Shown piece after piece: positions 28,488 through 36,403 of a stretch of DNA of 64,000 bases (the stretch's first letter is position 1; each line of letters starts with the position of its first letter). Location of the stretch: NCBI GenBank assembly GCA_964512165.1, contig CAZEHQ010000003.1, positions 545 to 64,544 on the forward strand. The letters run 5' to 3'. The position numbers and the translations under genes were made by a program. The DNA comes from an uncultured Gemmatimonadaceae bacterium. GTDB taxonomy: Bacteria > Latescibacterota > UBA2968 > UBA8231. The notes under the pieces were generated by a model, which worked only from the letters and a program-made list of their open reading frames with translations, searched no databases and had not been told where the DNA came from.

Positions 28488-30167
28488 ATGACACAGGTGC
28501 CGCGCAGGAGCTTCCTCAAGACGCTCCTGGCCGGCTCCCTGGGCCTTTCCTCCGCCTGCAGCGAGCGCCGGCCGTCGCCCCCCGACGGCGATGTGGAGGC
28601 GCGCTTCGTCGATGCCGTGTCGCCGCAGCGCGGCCACCTGCTGCGAGGCCCCGTCGATCCCGCGGAATTCGCCGCCGCCGTGCCGACCCCCGTCGATGTC
28701 CTCGTCGTCGGCGGCGGCGTGTCGGGCCTGGCGGCCTGCTGGAAGCTCCGGCAGGCCGGGGTGGAGCGCCTGCTCCTGGTGGAGCTCGCCGACACTCTCG
28801 GCGGCAATGCCGTGGCCGGGCAGGCAGGAGACCTGGTCTTTCCCTGGGGGGCCCACTACATCAACGTGCCGCCGGCGGAGGCCGACTGCGTCCACGAGGT
28901 GCTGGCCGATCTCGGCGTGATCTCCGGGTACGACGCGGCCGGGCGCCCCCGGGTCGACCCCGGCCACCTGTTGCGCTGGCCCGCCGAGAGGTTGTGGACA
29001 GACGGGGACTGGGTCGAGGGGCTCGATCCCTTCGCCGGCGCCGGGGACGGCGAGATGGAAGAGCTGCTGGCCTTCGAGGACGACATCCTGCGCTGGACCC
29101 TGCACCGCGGGCGGGATGGCCGCCGGGCCTTCGCCATGCCCCTGGCCTACAGCACCGCCGACGCCGGGGTGCGCGAGCTCGACGGCCTGACCATGGCGGA
29201 GTACGTGGAGCGCCGCGGCTGGCGCGGCGACCGCCTGGCCTGGCTCATCGACCAGGCCTGCAAGGACGACTACGGCAGCCTCGCCGCCGACGTCTCGGCC
29301 TGGGCGGGCATCCACTACTTCGCCTGCCGCTTCTACGACCACCGCCTGCGGGACGACTACCCCTCCGACACGCTCACCTGGCCCGAGGGCAACCAGTTCC
29401 TCGCCGACGGCCTGGCCCGCGGGCTGACGGCCGGGGAGCAGTGGCTGGCGACGGCCGTCGTCGGTCTGCGCGGGGAGGGAACGGCGGCCGAGGCCCTGTG
29501 CATCCACGCCCCCACGGGCCAGCGGCGGCGGGTCCGGGCCCGGTCCGTGGTCTACGCCGGCAAGCTGCACACGGCCCCGCGCGTGGTCGCGGATCTGCCC
29601 GCCGCCCAGCGGCGGTCCATGGAGGGACTGACCTACGTCCCCTGGATCGTGGCCGCCGTGAGGCTGTCCGCGGAGCTGGGCGACGCGGGTCTGGCCTGGG
29701 ACAACGTGGTCATGGACAGCCCTTCCGTCGGCTATGTCTCCGCCCGCCACCAGGCCTCCCCGGCCCCGGAGCGGGCGGGGGAGGTCCTCGTCTACTACCT
29801 GCCCCTGGTGGACGATCCGGCCGCCTCCAGGCACGAGCTGCTGGTCGACGATCCGCAGCCGTGGGCCCGGAGGGTGATGGCCGACCTGTCGCGCGTCCAT
29901 CCGCAGCTGCCCGCCCTGGTGGAAGGGATCGACATCTGCCGCTGGGGCCACGGCATGGTCCGTCCGGCCCCGGGCGTCATCTGGGGGGCCGGCAGCGGTC
30001 TGCGGCGCCGGCCCTGCGGGGTCGTGTCCTTCGCCTCGTGCGACGCCACCGGCCTGCCCCTCTTCGAAGAGTCCCTGTTCGCCGGCATCGCCGCGGCCGA
30101 GCGCTGTCTCGACGTGCTCGACGCTCCCTACACGACCTCTCTCCACGGCATGCCGGCCCATGGGTGA
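28488..30167 (+). CDS. Tat-exported, probably lipidated FAD-dependent amine oxidase-like oxidoreductase
   Basis: Twin-arginine motif plus Cys: MTQVPRRSFLKTLLAGSLGLSSAC. Dinucleotide fold: VDVLVVGGGVSGLAACWKL. Overall amine-oxidase-like length and pattern. Confidence 0.8.
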   Translation: MTQVPRRSFLKTLLAGSLGLSSACSERRPSPPDGDVEARFVDAVSPQRGHLLRGPVDPAEFAAAVPTPVDVLVVGGGVSGLAACWKLRQAGVERLLLVELADTLGGNAVAGQAGDLVFPWGAHYINVPPAEADCVHEVLADLGVISGYDAAGRPRVDPGHLLRWPAERLWTDGDWVEGLDPFAGAGDGEMEELLAFEDDILRWTLHRGRDGRRAFAMPLAYSTADAGVRELDGLTMAEYVERRGWRGDRLAWLIDQACKDDYGSLAADVSAWAGIHYFACRFYDHRLRDDYPSDTLTWPEGNQFLADGLARGLTAGEQWLATAVVGLRGEGTAAEALCIHAPTGQRRRVRARSVVYAGKLHTAPRVVADLPAAQRRSMEGLTYVPWIVAAVRLSAELGDAGLAWDNVVMDSPSVGYVSARHQASPAPERAGEVLVYYLPLVDDPAASRHELLVDDPQPWARRVMADLSRVHPQLPALVEGIDICRWGHGMVRPAPGVIWGAGSGLRRRPCGVVSFASCDATGLPLFEESLFAGIAAAERCLDVLDAPYTTSLHGMPAHG

Positions 30168-31698
30168 GCCGGCCGTCGAGCGCGGCCCCTGGGGGGCGGC
30201 CCTGCTCCTGGCCGCCATCTTCACGGCGGCGGCCTGCGCCATCGTCTACGAGCTCCTCATCGGCAGCACCTCGGCCTACTTCCTCGGCGACAGCGTTCAG
30301 CAGTTCTCGGTCACCATCGGCCTCTTCCTCGCCTCCATGGGCCTGGGCTCCTGGATCTCGCGGGCCGTCACGGAGCGCCTGCTGGAGCGCTTCATCGCCC
30401 TCGAGCTGTGGCTGGCGGCCGTCGGCGGATGCTCGGTACCGGTCCTCTACCTCGCGTACCTGCACAGCGGTCAGTTCCGCTACGCCATGGTCCTCCTCAT
30501 CGTCGCAGTGGGCGCCCTCGTCGGCCTGGAGCTGCCGCTGCTGACCCGCATGCTTCAGCGCTACGGCGAGCTGCGCACGGTGCTGTCCAACGTCCTGCTC
30601 CTCGACTACCTGGGCTCCCTGGTGGCGGCGCTGCTCTTTCCCTTCCTGCTGCTGCCCCTGCTGGGCGCCTTCGACACCGCCCTGGCGGCGGGCCTGCTCA
30701 ACGCCGGCGTCGGCCTCGCGCTGCTGGGCGGGTTCTGGTCCAGGCTCGGGCGAGGCGCGCGGGGCCGGCTCCTGGCCCTGGGACTCGTCATCACCTGCGG
30801 ACTGGGCCTGGCCCTGGCGGCGGCCAACCCCCTCCGCCAGCGGCTGGAGAGCGATCTCTACACCGACCGGATCGTCCACAGCGAGCGCTCGCCGTACCAG
30901 CAGATCGTCCTCACCGAGTGGCGGGACGACGTCCGCCTCTACCTGGACCGCCACCTGCAGTTCTCCTCCGTCGACGAGTACCGCTACCACGAGTCCCTCG
31001 TCCATCCGGCCATGGCCCTGGCCCCCCACCGGCAGCGGGTCCTCGTCATCGGCGGCGGCGACGGGCTCTCGGTGAGGGAGGTGCTGCGCCACCGCGCCGT
31101 GGAGCGGGTCGACGTGGTCGATCTGGACCCGGCGGTGACGGACCTGGCCCGGCGCGACCTGCGCCTCACGCGCCTCAACGACAACGCCCTCAGCCGGCCG
31201 GGTGTCCGTATCTTCTCCGAGGACGGTTTCTCCTTCCTCCAGCGGGCCCACGAGCCCTATGGCGTCATCATCATCGATCTGCCGGACCCCCGGGACGAGG
31301 CCCTCTCCAAGCTCTACTCGATCGAGGTCTACCGCCTGTGCGCCCGCCACCTCTCCCCGGGAGGGGTGGTGGTCACGCAGGCCTCGAGTCCCTACTATGC
31401 GAGGACGACGTTCTGGAGCATCGCCGCCACCATGGCCGAAGCCGGGTTGCGCGTCGTGCCCTACCACACGCTCGTGCCGTCCTTCGGCGAGTGGGGGTTC
31501 GTCGCCGGCCTCAGCGGTCCCGGTGAGCCGCGGGAGGTGACCTTCGACGTGGACGGCCTTCGATTCATGACACCCGGGATCTTCCGGCAGATGCTGACCT
31601 TCCCCGGCGACATGAGCCGGCCGGAGGAGGTCGTCGTCAACCGCCTCGACCGGCCGCTGCTGTCGCGGCAGTACCGGGAAGACTGGAGCCGCTGGTGA
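30160..31698 (+). CDS. Polytopic-membrane-anchored spermidine/spermine synthase-like aminopropyltransferase
   Basis: 8-nt overlap with the oxidase gene. About 7 N-terminal TM helices. Spermidine-synthase core: YQQIVLTE...LYLDRHLQFSSVDEYRYHESLVHP...VLVIGGGDGLSVREVLRH..VERVDVVDLDPAVTDLAR. Confidence 0.85.
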   Translation: MGEPAVERGPWGAALLLAAIFTAAACAIVYELLIGSTSAYFLGDSVQQFSVTIGLFLASMGLGSWISRAVTERLLERFIALELWLAAVGGCSVPVLYLAYLHSGQFRYAMVLLIVAVGALVGLELPLLTRMLQRYGELRTVLSNVLLLDYLGSLVAALLFPFLLLPLLGAFDTALAAGLLNAGVGLALLGGFWSRLGRGARGRLLALGLVITCGLGLALAAANPLRQRLESDLYTDRIVHSERSPYQQIVLTEWRDDVRLYLDRHLQFSSVDEYRYHESLVHPAMALAPHRQRVLVIGGGDGLSVREVLRHRAVERVDVVDLDPAVTDLARRDLRLTRLNDNALSRPGVRIFSEDGFSFLQRAHEPYGVIIIDLPDPRDEALSKLYSIEVYRLCARHLSPGGVVVTQASSPYYARTTFWSIAATMAEAGLRVVPYHTLVPSFGEWGFVAGLSGPGEPREVTFDVDGLRFMTPGIFRQMLTFPGDMSRPEEVVVNRLDRPLLSRQYREDWSRW

Positions 31699-32267
31699 TC
31701 AGCCGGGTCAGGAAGTGGTTCGGGGGCAGCGACCCCGAGGACGACCACGCCGGTCTCGCCGACCTGCGCCTCGATTCCATGGGCCCGGGCGATCTCGTCG
31801 ACTACGACCTGAAGACCTGGGAGGTCACCGGCCGGAGCGTCTACGACTACGACGGTTTCCCGGCCCGGGAGTGGCAGCTGACCTGCGGGGAGGAGGTGCG
31901 TTTCCTCGAGCGCTCCGAGGAGGACGGGCGGGTCGGGTGGACGTTGACGCGCAGCATCGCCATCGGTGACATTGATGAGGACGTGACCGCCGCCATCGCC
32001 GCCGACGAAGACCCGCCCGGGACCCTCCACTTCGAGGGCCGGCGGTACGCGGCCTCGGAATCGACCGCCGGGGTGCAGTGGGACCTGGCCGGCGACGGCT
32101 CGAAGGACGAGGGATCGGCGCGCGAGTTCGTCAACTGGAGCTACGAGGCCGAGGACGGCCGCGTCCTCTTTGTCGTGCAGTGGGGTGAGCAGCGGTTCTC
32201 CGCCTACGAGGGCGAGAACGTCGAGGAGTACTCCTTCACCGACATCCTGCCTGGAGGTGAACGGTGA
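31695..32267 (+). CDS. DUF4178 domain protein
   Basis: GTGA overlap with the upstream gene. DLVDYDLKTWEVTGRSVYDYDGFPAREWQLTCGEEVRFLERSEEDG fits the DUF4178 pattern. The start could instead be the internal Met (MGPGDLV). Confidence 0.7.
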   Translation: MISRVRKWFGGSDPEDDHAGLADLRLDSMGPGDLVDYDLKTWEVTGRSVYDYDGFPAREWQLTCGEEVRFLERSEEDGRVGWTLTRSIAIGDIDEDVTAAIAADEDPPGTLHFEGRRYAASESTAGVQWDLAGDGSKDEGSAREFVNWSYEAEDGRVLFVVQWGEQRFSAYEGENVEEYSFTDILPGGER

Positions 32268-32995
32268 GGCAAGCGAGGGGGCCCCGCCCCCGGACCCGTA
32301 GAGCTTCGGCCCGCGGCGCGGCGATCGCCGGGGCCGCCCTGATCGCCGCCGCCGGCTGCGGCCGGACCCCCGACCCCGTGGAGCAGACGGTCCGCGACCT
32401 CGAACGCTACCCGGAGTACGCCGTCATCATCGAGGATCTGAAGGTGGAGGACGGGTTCTTCCCCGACTACTTCCTGCGCCTGCGGCTCATGACGGCCAGC
32501 GGCCAGCGGGTCGCCGGGAAGGACACCCTGGTCTACGAGGACCGGGTCACGGACTGGCTGGAGGTGGAGGAGGAGGTCATGGCCCGCTACCAGCACTACC
32601 TGGGCATGGTGGTGGCCGGCAAAACCCTCGACGGCAGGCGCACCACCTCCCGGCAGGCCCACCCGCCGGGGTACCAGTACGTCGGCAACAGTCAGTACGG
32701 CACCTGGGGCGCCGGCGGGTTCTGGCAGTTCTACGGCCAGTACGCCTTCATGAGCGCCATGCTCGGCGGATTCGGGGTGGGCCGCGGCGACTACGCCGAC
32801 TACCGCCGCAACCGCGAGGTCGGCCGGCCTCACTTCGGCCCCACCCGCCAGGGGCGGCGGACCTTCGGCACCGCCGGGACGCAGACCCAGAAGACCCGTC
32901 CCGACTTCTACCAGCGCTACCGGCAGCGCTCCGCCGGCGGACGCGGTTTCGCGACGCGGACCTCCAGTGTCGGCGGCCGGCGCTTCGGCAAGTGA
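32264..32995 (+). CDS. Lipoprotein with a Gly/Arg-rich tail, function unknown (sits where yjfM-like genes sit)
   Basis: GTGA overlap with the upstream gene. Lipobox: AIAGAALIAAAGC. Tail: GGFWQFYGQYAFMSAMLGGFGVGRGDYADYRRN. Confidence 0.55.
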   Translation: MRQARGPRPRTRRASARGAAIAGAALIAAAGCGRTPDPVEQTVRDLERYPEYAVIIEDLKVEDGFFPDYFLRLRLMTASGQRVAGKDTLVYEDRVTDWLEVEEEVMARYQHYLGMVVAGKTLDGRRTTSRQAHPPGYQYVGNSQYGTWGAGGFWQFYGQYAFMSAMLGGFGVGRGDYADYRRNREVGRPHFGPTRQGRRTFGTAGTQTQKTRPDFYQRYRQRSAGGRGFATRTSSVGGRRFGK

Positions 32996-33027
32996 CCCGA
33001 TCTCGACAAGTGAGAGGGAGGTAGCCA

Positions 33028-33873
33028 ATGGAATCCATCCTGATGCCCATGGGCCGGTCGGCGGTGTACCTGCTCGAGGCCTTCGTCCTGCTGGTCATCG
33101 CCAAGTGGGCGTACACCAGCTTCTACCGGCGGGTCCATCTGAAGGAGGAGCTCTTCGACAAGGGCAACGCCGCCCTCGCCGTGTCGACGGCGGGCTACCT
33201 CTTCGGCATCGTCATCGCCCTGGGAGGCGTTCTTCTGGGTCCCTCCGCGGGATGGCAGGCGGATCTGACGGCGATCGGCCTGTACGGCCTCATGACCATC
33301 GCCATGATGCTGGCGGCCAGCTGGCTGTGCGAGAAGGTCCTGCTCTCCCGCTTCGACAACACCAAGGAAGTGGTGGAGGACCAGAACCTGGGCACCGCCT
33401 TCGTCGAGGCCGGGGTCCACATCGCCAACGGCCTCATCCTGCTGGCCATTCAGCAGGGCGCCGGCCCCTGGTGGGCGGGCCTCGTGTTCTGGGCCCTGGC
33501 CCAGGCCGTGCTGCTCGTCCTCGGGCGGATCTACGAGATGGCCACGCCCCACAGCGTCCACGACGAGCTCGAGCGCGACAACGCCGCCGTGGGGCTCGCC
33601 CTCGCGGGAGCCCTGGTGGGGATGGGCAACATCATCAGCCTCGCCGTGGCCGGCGACTTCACGGGCTGGAAGGACGGTCTGACCACCTTTGGCGCCGATG
33701 CCGCCTTCGGTCTGGTCATCCTCCTCGTCATCCGGCGGCTGAGCTGCGTCCTCCTGGCTCCCGGCGTCAGCCTGGCCGCTCAGCAGACGCAGGAGACGCC
33801 CCGCACCGGCGCCGGTCTGCTGGAGGCCTTCGGCTACGTGGGCGGCAGCATGTTGGTCGTCTGGGTGCTCTGA
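33028..33873 (+). CDS. Integral membrane protein with three DUF350 (YjfL-like) repeats
   Basis: Three units of the D/E-x-N-x-A pattern, each followed by a TM helix: KEELFDKGNAALAVSTAGYLFG, KEVVEDQNLGTAFVEAGVHIANG, HDELERDNAAVGLALAGALVG. Confidence 0.75.
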   Translation: MESILMPMGRSAVYLLEAFVLLVIAKWAYTSFYRRVHLKEELFDKGNAALAVSTAGYLFGIVIALGGVLLGPSAGWQADLTAIGLYGLMTIAMMLAASWLCEKVLLSRFDNTKEVVEDQNLGTAFVEAGVHIANGLILLAIQQGAGPWWAGLVFWALAQAVLLVLGRIYEMATPHSVHDELERDNAAVGLALAGALVGMGNIISLAVAGDFTGWKDGLTTFGADAAFGLVILLVIRRLSCVLLAPGVSLAAQQTQETPRTGAGLLEAFGYVGGSMLVVWVL

Positions 33874-33912
33874 CACCCGCCCCGGAAGAGACCCGCCCGA
33901 CCCGAGATCGCC

Positions 33913-34956
33913 GTGCCCATCTGGCTGCCCCTAATGCGCGTCTGGCGGCGGGTCGTCCACCGCCATTCCCTGGCGTGGATCTCCCTGCTGTCGGCGTCGC
34001 TCATCGTCGTCGGCGGGGTGCTGTTCTCGTTGATAGAGGGCCAGCCCCTCGGCGACGGCCTGTGGTGGGCGGTGGTGACGACGACGACCGTCGGCTACGG
34101 GGACTACTCGCCGGTGACCGCCCAGGGCCGGGTGGTGGGCGCCTTTCTGATGGTGCTTGGCATCGGCGTCCTCGGCGGTTTCACGGCGGAGCTGGCCACC
34201 TTCATCATCGAGCACCGGAGCCGGAAAGACAGGGGGATCAAGCCCGTGAAGACGAGTGGACACATCCTGGTCTGCGGCTGGAACGAGACGGGCGAGGACC
34301 TGGTCCGCAACCTCCTCGCCGACAGCCAGCGAGTGGAAGTCGTGGTTCTCGCCGAGCTTCCCGGCCACCCCATGCCCGCCGAGGGCGGGGCCAACCGCGT
34401 GAACTTCGTCCGCGGGCGGGTGGACGCCGAGGCCCTCGACCGCGCTTGCGCGCGGGACTGCTCGGGGGCGGTGATCCTGGGAGACCAGGAGATCGAGGAC
34501 ACCGCCGGCCGCGACGCCAAGACGCTGATCCGGGCGCTGACGATCAAGGAGTACGAGCCGGGCCTGCACGTGTGCATTCAGCTCTTCGATCCCGGCTCCA
34601 CCCGGCACGCCGACATCTCCCGGGCCGACGAGGTCGTGGTCGTGGGCGCCCTCTCCAGCGGCCTGCTGAGCCGCGCGGTCCTCGACCCGGGCAGCTCGCG
34701 GGCGGTCTCGAGCCTGGTGCGCGCCGAGGAGCAGTGCGAGATCTACCTCGTCGAGGTGCCCCCCGACTGGCCGGGAAGACGCTTCGATGAGATGCTCCCG
34801 GTCGCCAAGGAGACCCACGATGTGCTGCTCGTCGGCGTCGAACCGGCGGGAGGGAGCCTGGTGGTGAATCCCCCCGGCGACTACGCCTTCTCCACCGGCG
34901 ACCGGCTGGCCGTCATCTCCGAGGACCGCCCCGACATCCGGACCCTCCACGGATGA
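33913..34956 (+). CDS. Two-TM K+ channel with a cytoplasmic RCK/TrkA-N domain
   Basis: Selectivity filter VVTTTTVGYGDYSP. RCK-type GHILVCGWNETGEDLVRNL. GTG start. Confidence 0.85.
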   Translation: MPIWLPLMRVWRRVVHRHSLAWISLLSASLIVVGGVLFSLIEGQPLGDGLWWAVVTTTTVGYGDYSPVTAQGRVVGAFLMVLGIGVLGGFTAELATFIIEHRSRKDRGIKPVKTSGHILVCGWNETGEDLVRNLLADSQRVEVVVLAELPGHPMPAEGGANRVNFVRGRVDAEALDRACARDCSGAVILGDQEIEDTAGRDAKTLIRALTIKEYEPGLHVCIQLFDPGSTRHADISRADEVVVVGALSSGLLSRAVLDPGSSRAVSSLVRAEEQCEIYLVEVPPDWPGRRFDEMLPVAKETHDVLLVGVEPAGGSLVVNPPGDYAFSTGDRLAVISEDRPDIRTLHG

Positions 34957-35348
34957 GCCCGTCTCTCCCGGCACCCGTCGACACCCGGGTGAGGTCCGCC
35001 CTGGGCCGCCATCTCCTGGTCGATCTCTACGGTTGCGCCCGGGGGCTGCTCGACGACGTGGACCATGTCCGCCGGGGCCTGCTGGCCGCCGCCGAGGAGG
35101 CCGGCGCCACCGTCGTGGACGCCCACTTCCACAGCTTCTCGCCGTGCGGCGTCACCGGCACCGTGTCGATCCAGGAGAGCCATCTCTCCATCCACACCTG
35201 GCCCGAGCACCTCTACGCCGCCGTCGACATCTTCACCTGCGGCGACTCCATCGATCCCTGGCGCGCCTACGAGTCTCTCAAGACCGCTCTCGAGGCCGAC
35301 AGGGGTTCGGCCATGGAGATCCGCCGGGGCCGGCCCGACCTCCTGTAG
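34953..35348 (+). CDS. speH: S-adenosylmethionine decarboxylase proenzyme, class 1B (SpeH/SpeD type)
   Basis: ATGA overlap with the channel gene. GRHLLVDLYGC...VTGTVSIQESHLSIHTWPEHLYAAVDIFTCG contains the Glu-Ser self-processing site in its canonical context. Confidence 0.85.
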   Translation: MSPSLPAPVDTRVRSALGRHLLVDLYGCARGLLDDVDHVRRGLLAAAEEAGATVVDAHFHSFSPCGVTGTVSIQESHLSIHTWPEHLYAAVDIFTCGDSIDPWRAYESLKTALEADRGSAMEIRRGRPDLL

Positions 35349-35570
35349 GGGGCCCGGCCACGGGCGGAGAGGCTTCGGCTGTGCTGACGGCGACGTCCAG
35401 GCCAGGAGCAAGGCCCTCCGTCGGCCCCGGCAAAGCCGAGACCCGCCGCCGCTGACGTGCCCGGCGCCTTGTTCGAGGCGCTGAACTACCGGAACCCTTG
35501 GGATTGACGCTCGACCCGAACATATTCTAGGCTGATAGCTGGTCAGTCAGGATGCCAGAGGAGGTCGGAC

Positions 35571-35831
35571 ATGAGCAGGAAATGGCCAGTCCAGGACGCC
35601 AAGATGCGGTTCAGCGAACTCCTGGATACAGCTCTTGCCGAAGGGCCCCAGATCGTCACCAAACGAGGCGTCGAGACCGCTGTGCTCCTTCCGATTGAGC
35701 AGTGGCGCAGGATGGAGCGCATGACCAGACCCAACCTGAAGGAACTCCTTCTTGTATCCGGAGCGCGCACCGACAACCTCACTCCACCGCGCCAGCAGCG
35801 CCGCCGTCGGGGACCGATGGCGATGGAGTAA
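35571..35831 (+). CDS. Phd/YefM-type (VapB-like) antitoxin with no cognate toxin
   Basis: WPVQDAKMRFSELLDTALAEGPQIVTKRGVETAVLLPIEQWRRM is the classic Phd/YefM N-terminal fold pattern. GAGGAGG RBS. Lower local G+C. Confidence 0.7.
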   Translation: MSRKWPVQDAKMRFSELLDTALAEGPQIVTKRGVETAVLLPIEQWRRMERMTRPNLKELLLVSGARTDNLTPPRQQRRRRGPMAME

Positions 35832-35861
35832 GCTGCATGTTTGAGGCGGAGCGGCCCCTTC

Positions 35862-35883
35862 GGTGAATCGGTGACCGATCACC
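35862..35883. promoter_or_regulatory. Near-perfect 22-nt palindrome between two antitoxin genes (possible TA operator)
   Basis: GGTGAATCGGTGACCGATCACC. The arms are complementary apart from one extra A. It lies about 95 nt upstream of the ATG at 35976. Confidence 0.25.
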
Positions 35884-35975
35884 CACGGAACCGCAGACCG
35901 CGTCGTCCCAATGGTCCCGCACACTCTCGAAAGGGCGCTGCCTTCGTTGGCCCCTCGCGATGGAGAGCAACCAAG

Positions 35976-36203
35976 ATGTCCAAGCTCCTGGAAGAGGCGT
36001 TCAGGAGAGCTTCCGAACTGCCCGAAGATCGACAGGACTTCCTGGGCCGCATGTTGCTCCAGGTCGTTGGCGAAAAGGGAACCCTCTCCAAGTTGACGGA
36101 TGAGCAGGTCGCTCAGGCGCGAGGGTCCCTCGCTCGGGCCGAAGCGGGGGAATTCGCCTCCGACGAAGCGGTGAAGGAACTGTGCGAGAAGCATGGGGCA
36201 TGA
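35976..36203 (+). CDS. Small antitoxin-like protein (addiction-module antidote type); a downstream toxin is not recognisable
   Basis: MSKLLEEAFRRASELPEDRQDFLGRMLLQ... resembles antitoxins usually paired with RelE/ParE toxins. The stop overlaps ATGAGGATCCGGTAA (M-R-I-R-stop), where a toxin ORF would start. Confidence 0.4.
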   Translation: MSKLLEEAFRRASELPEDRQDFLGRMLLQVVGEKGTLSKLTDEQVAQARGSLARAEAGEFASDEAVKELCEKHGA

Positions 36204-36403
36204 GGATCCGGTAATACCTCGACCGTGCCCTCGTCGTGCCGGCCATGGGAGTACCAGGCGCGGCCTTCTTCGAGTCGCCCGGGTGACCGAGTCCCTGTGC
36301 CGGCTGCCGGCCCGGGTGCGCCGCGGCTTGGCAAGCGCGACCCGACACTTCCGTGGCCTGATCGAGCGGGGCCTGCTGCGAGCCCTGCCGCAGGAGTGAT
36401 CGC

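Noticed and set aside
35505-35534. TTGACG-18 nt-TAGGCT upstream of the Phd-type gene, considered as a promoter.
   Set aside because: The spacing and the -10 hexamer are weak, and the promoter consensus of this lineage is unknown. It is not strong enough to list as a feature.
35349-35570. Searched this gap and the other larger intergenic gaps (26697-26853, 36204-36403, 42725-42809, 57766-57859, 62208-62437) for tRNA/tmRNA genes, integrase attachment sites or IS ends that could explain the low-G+C islets.
   Set aside because: I saw no cloverleaf-compatible sequence (no GTTCGAATC-type T-arm in a non-coding context), no terminal inverted repeats and no transposase or integrase ORFs. This was a by-eye scan only, so a dedicated tRNA/ncRNA scan could still find something.
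36193-36399. 68-aa ORF downstream of the second antitoxin-like gene, considered as its toxin.
   Set aside because: The translation (MGHEDPVIPRPCPRRAGHGSTRRGLLRVARV...) is Arg/Pro/Gly-rich and lacks RelE/ParE or PIN motifs. It is more likely non-coding sequence upstream of the CRTAC1-like gene.
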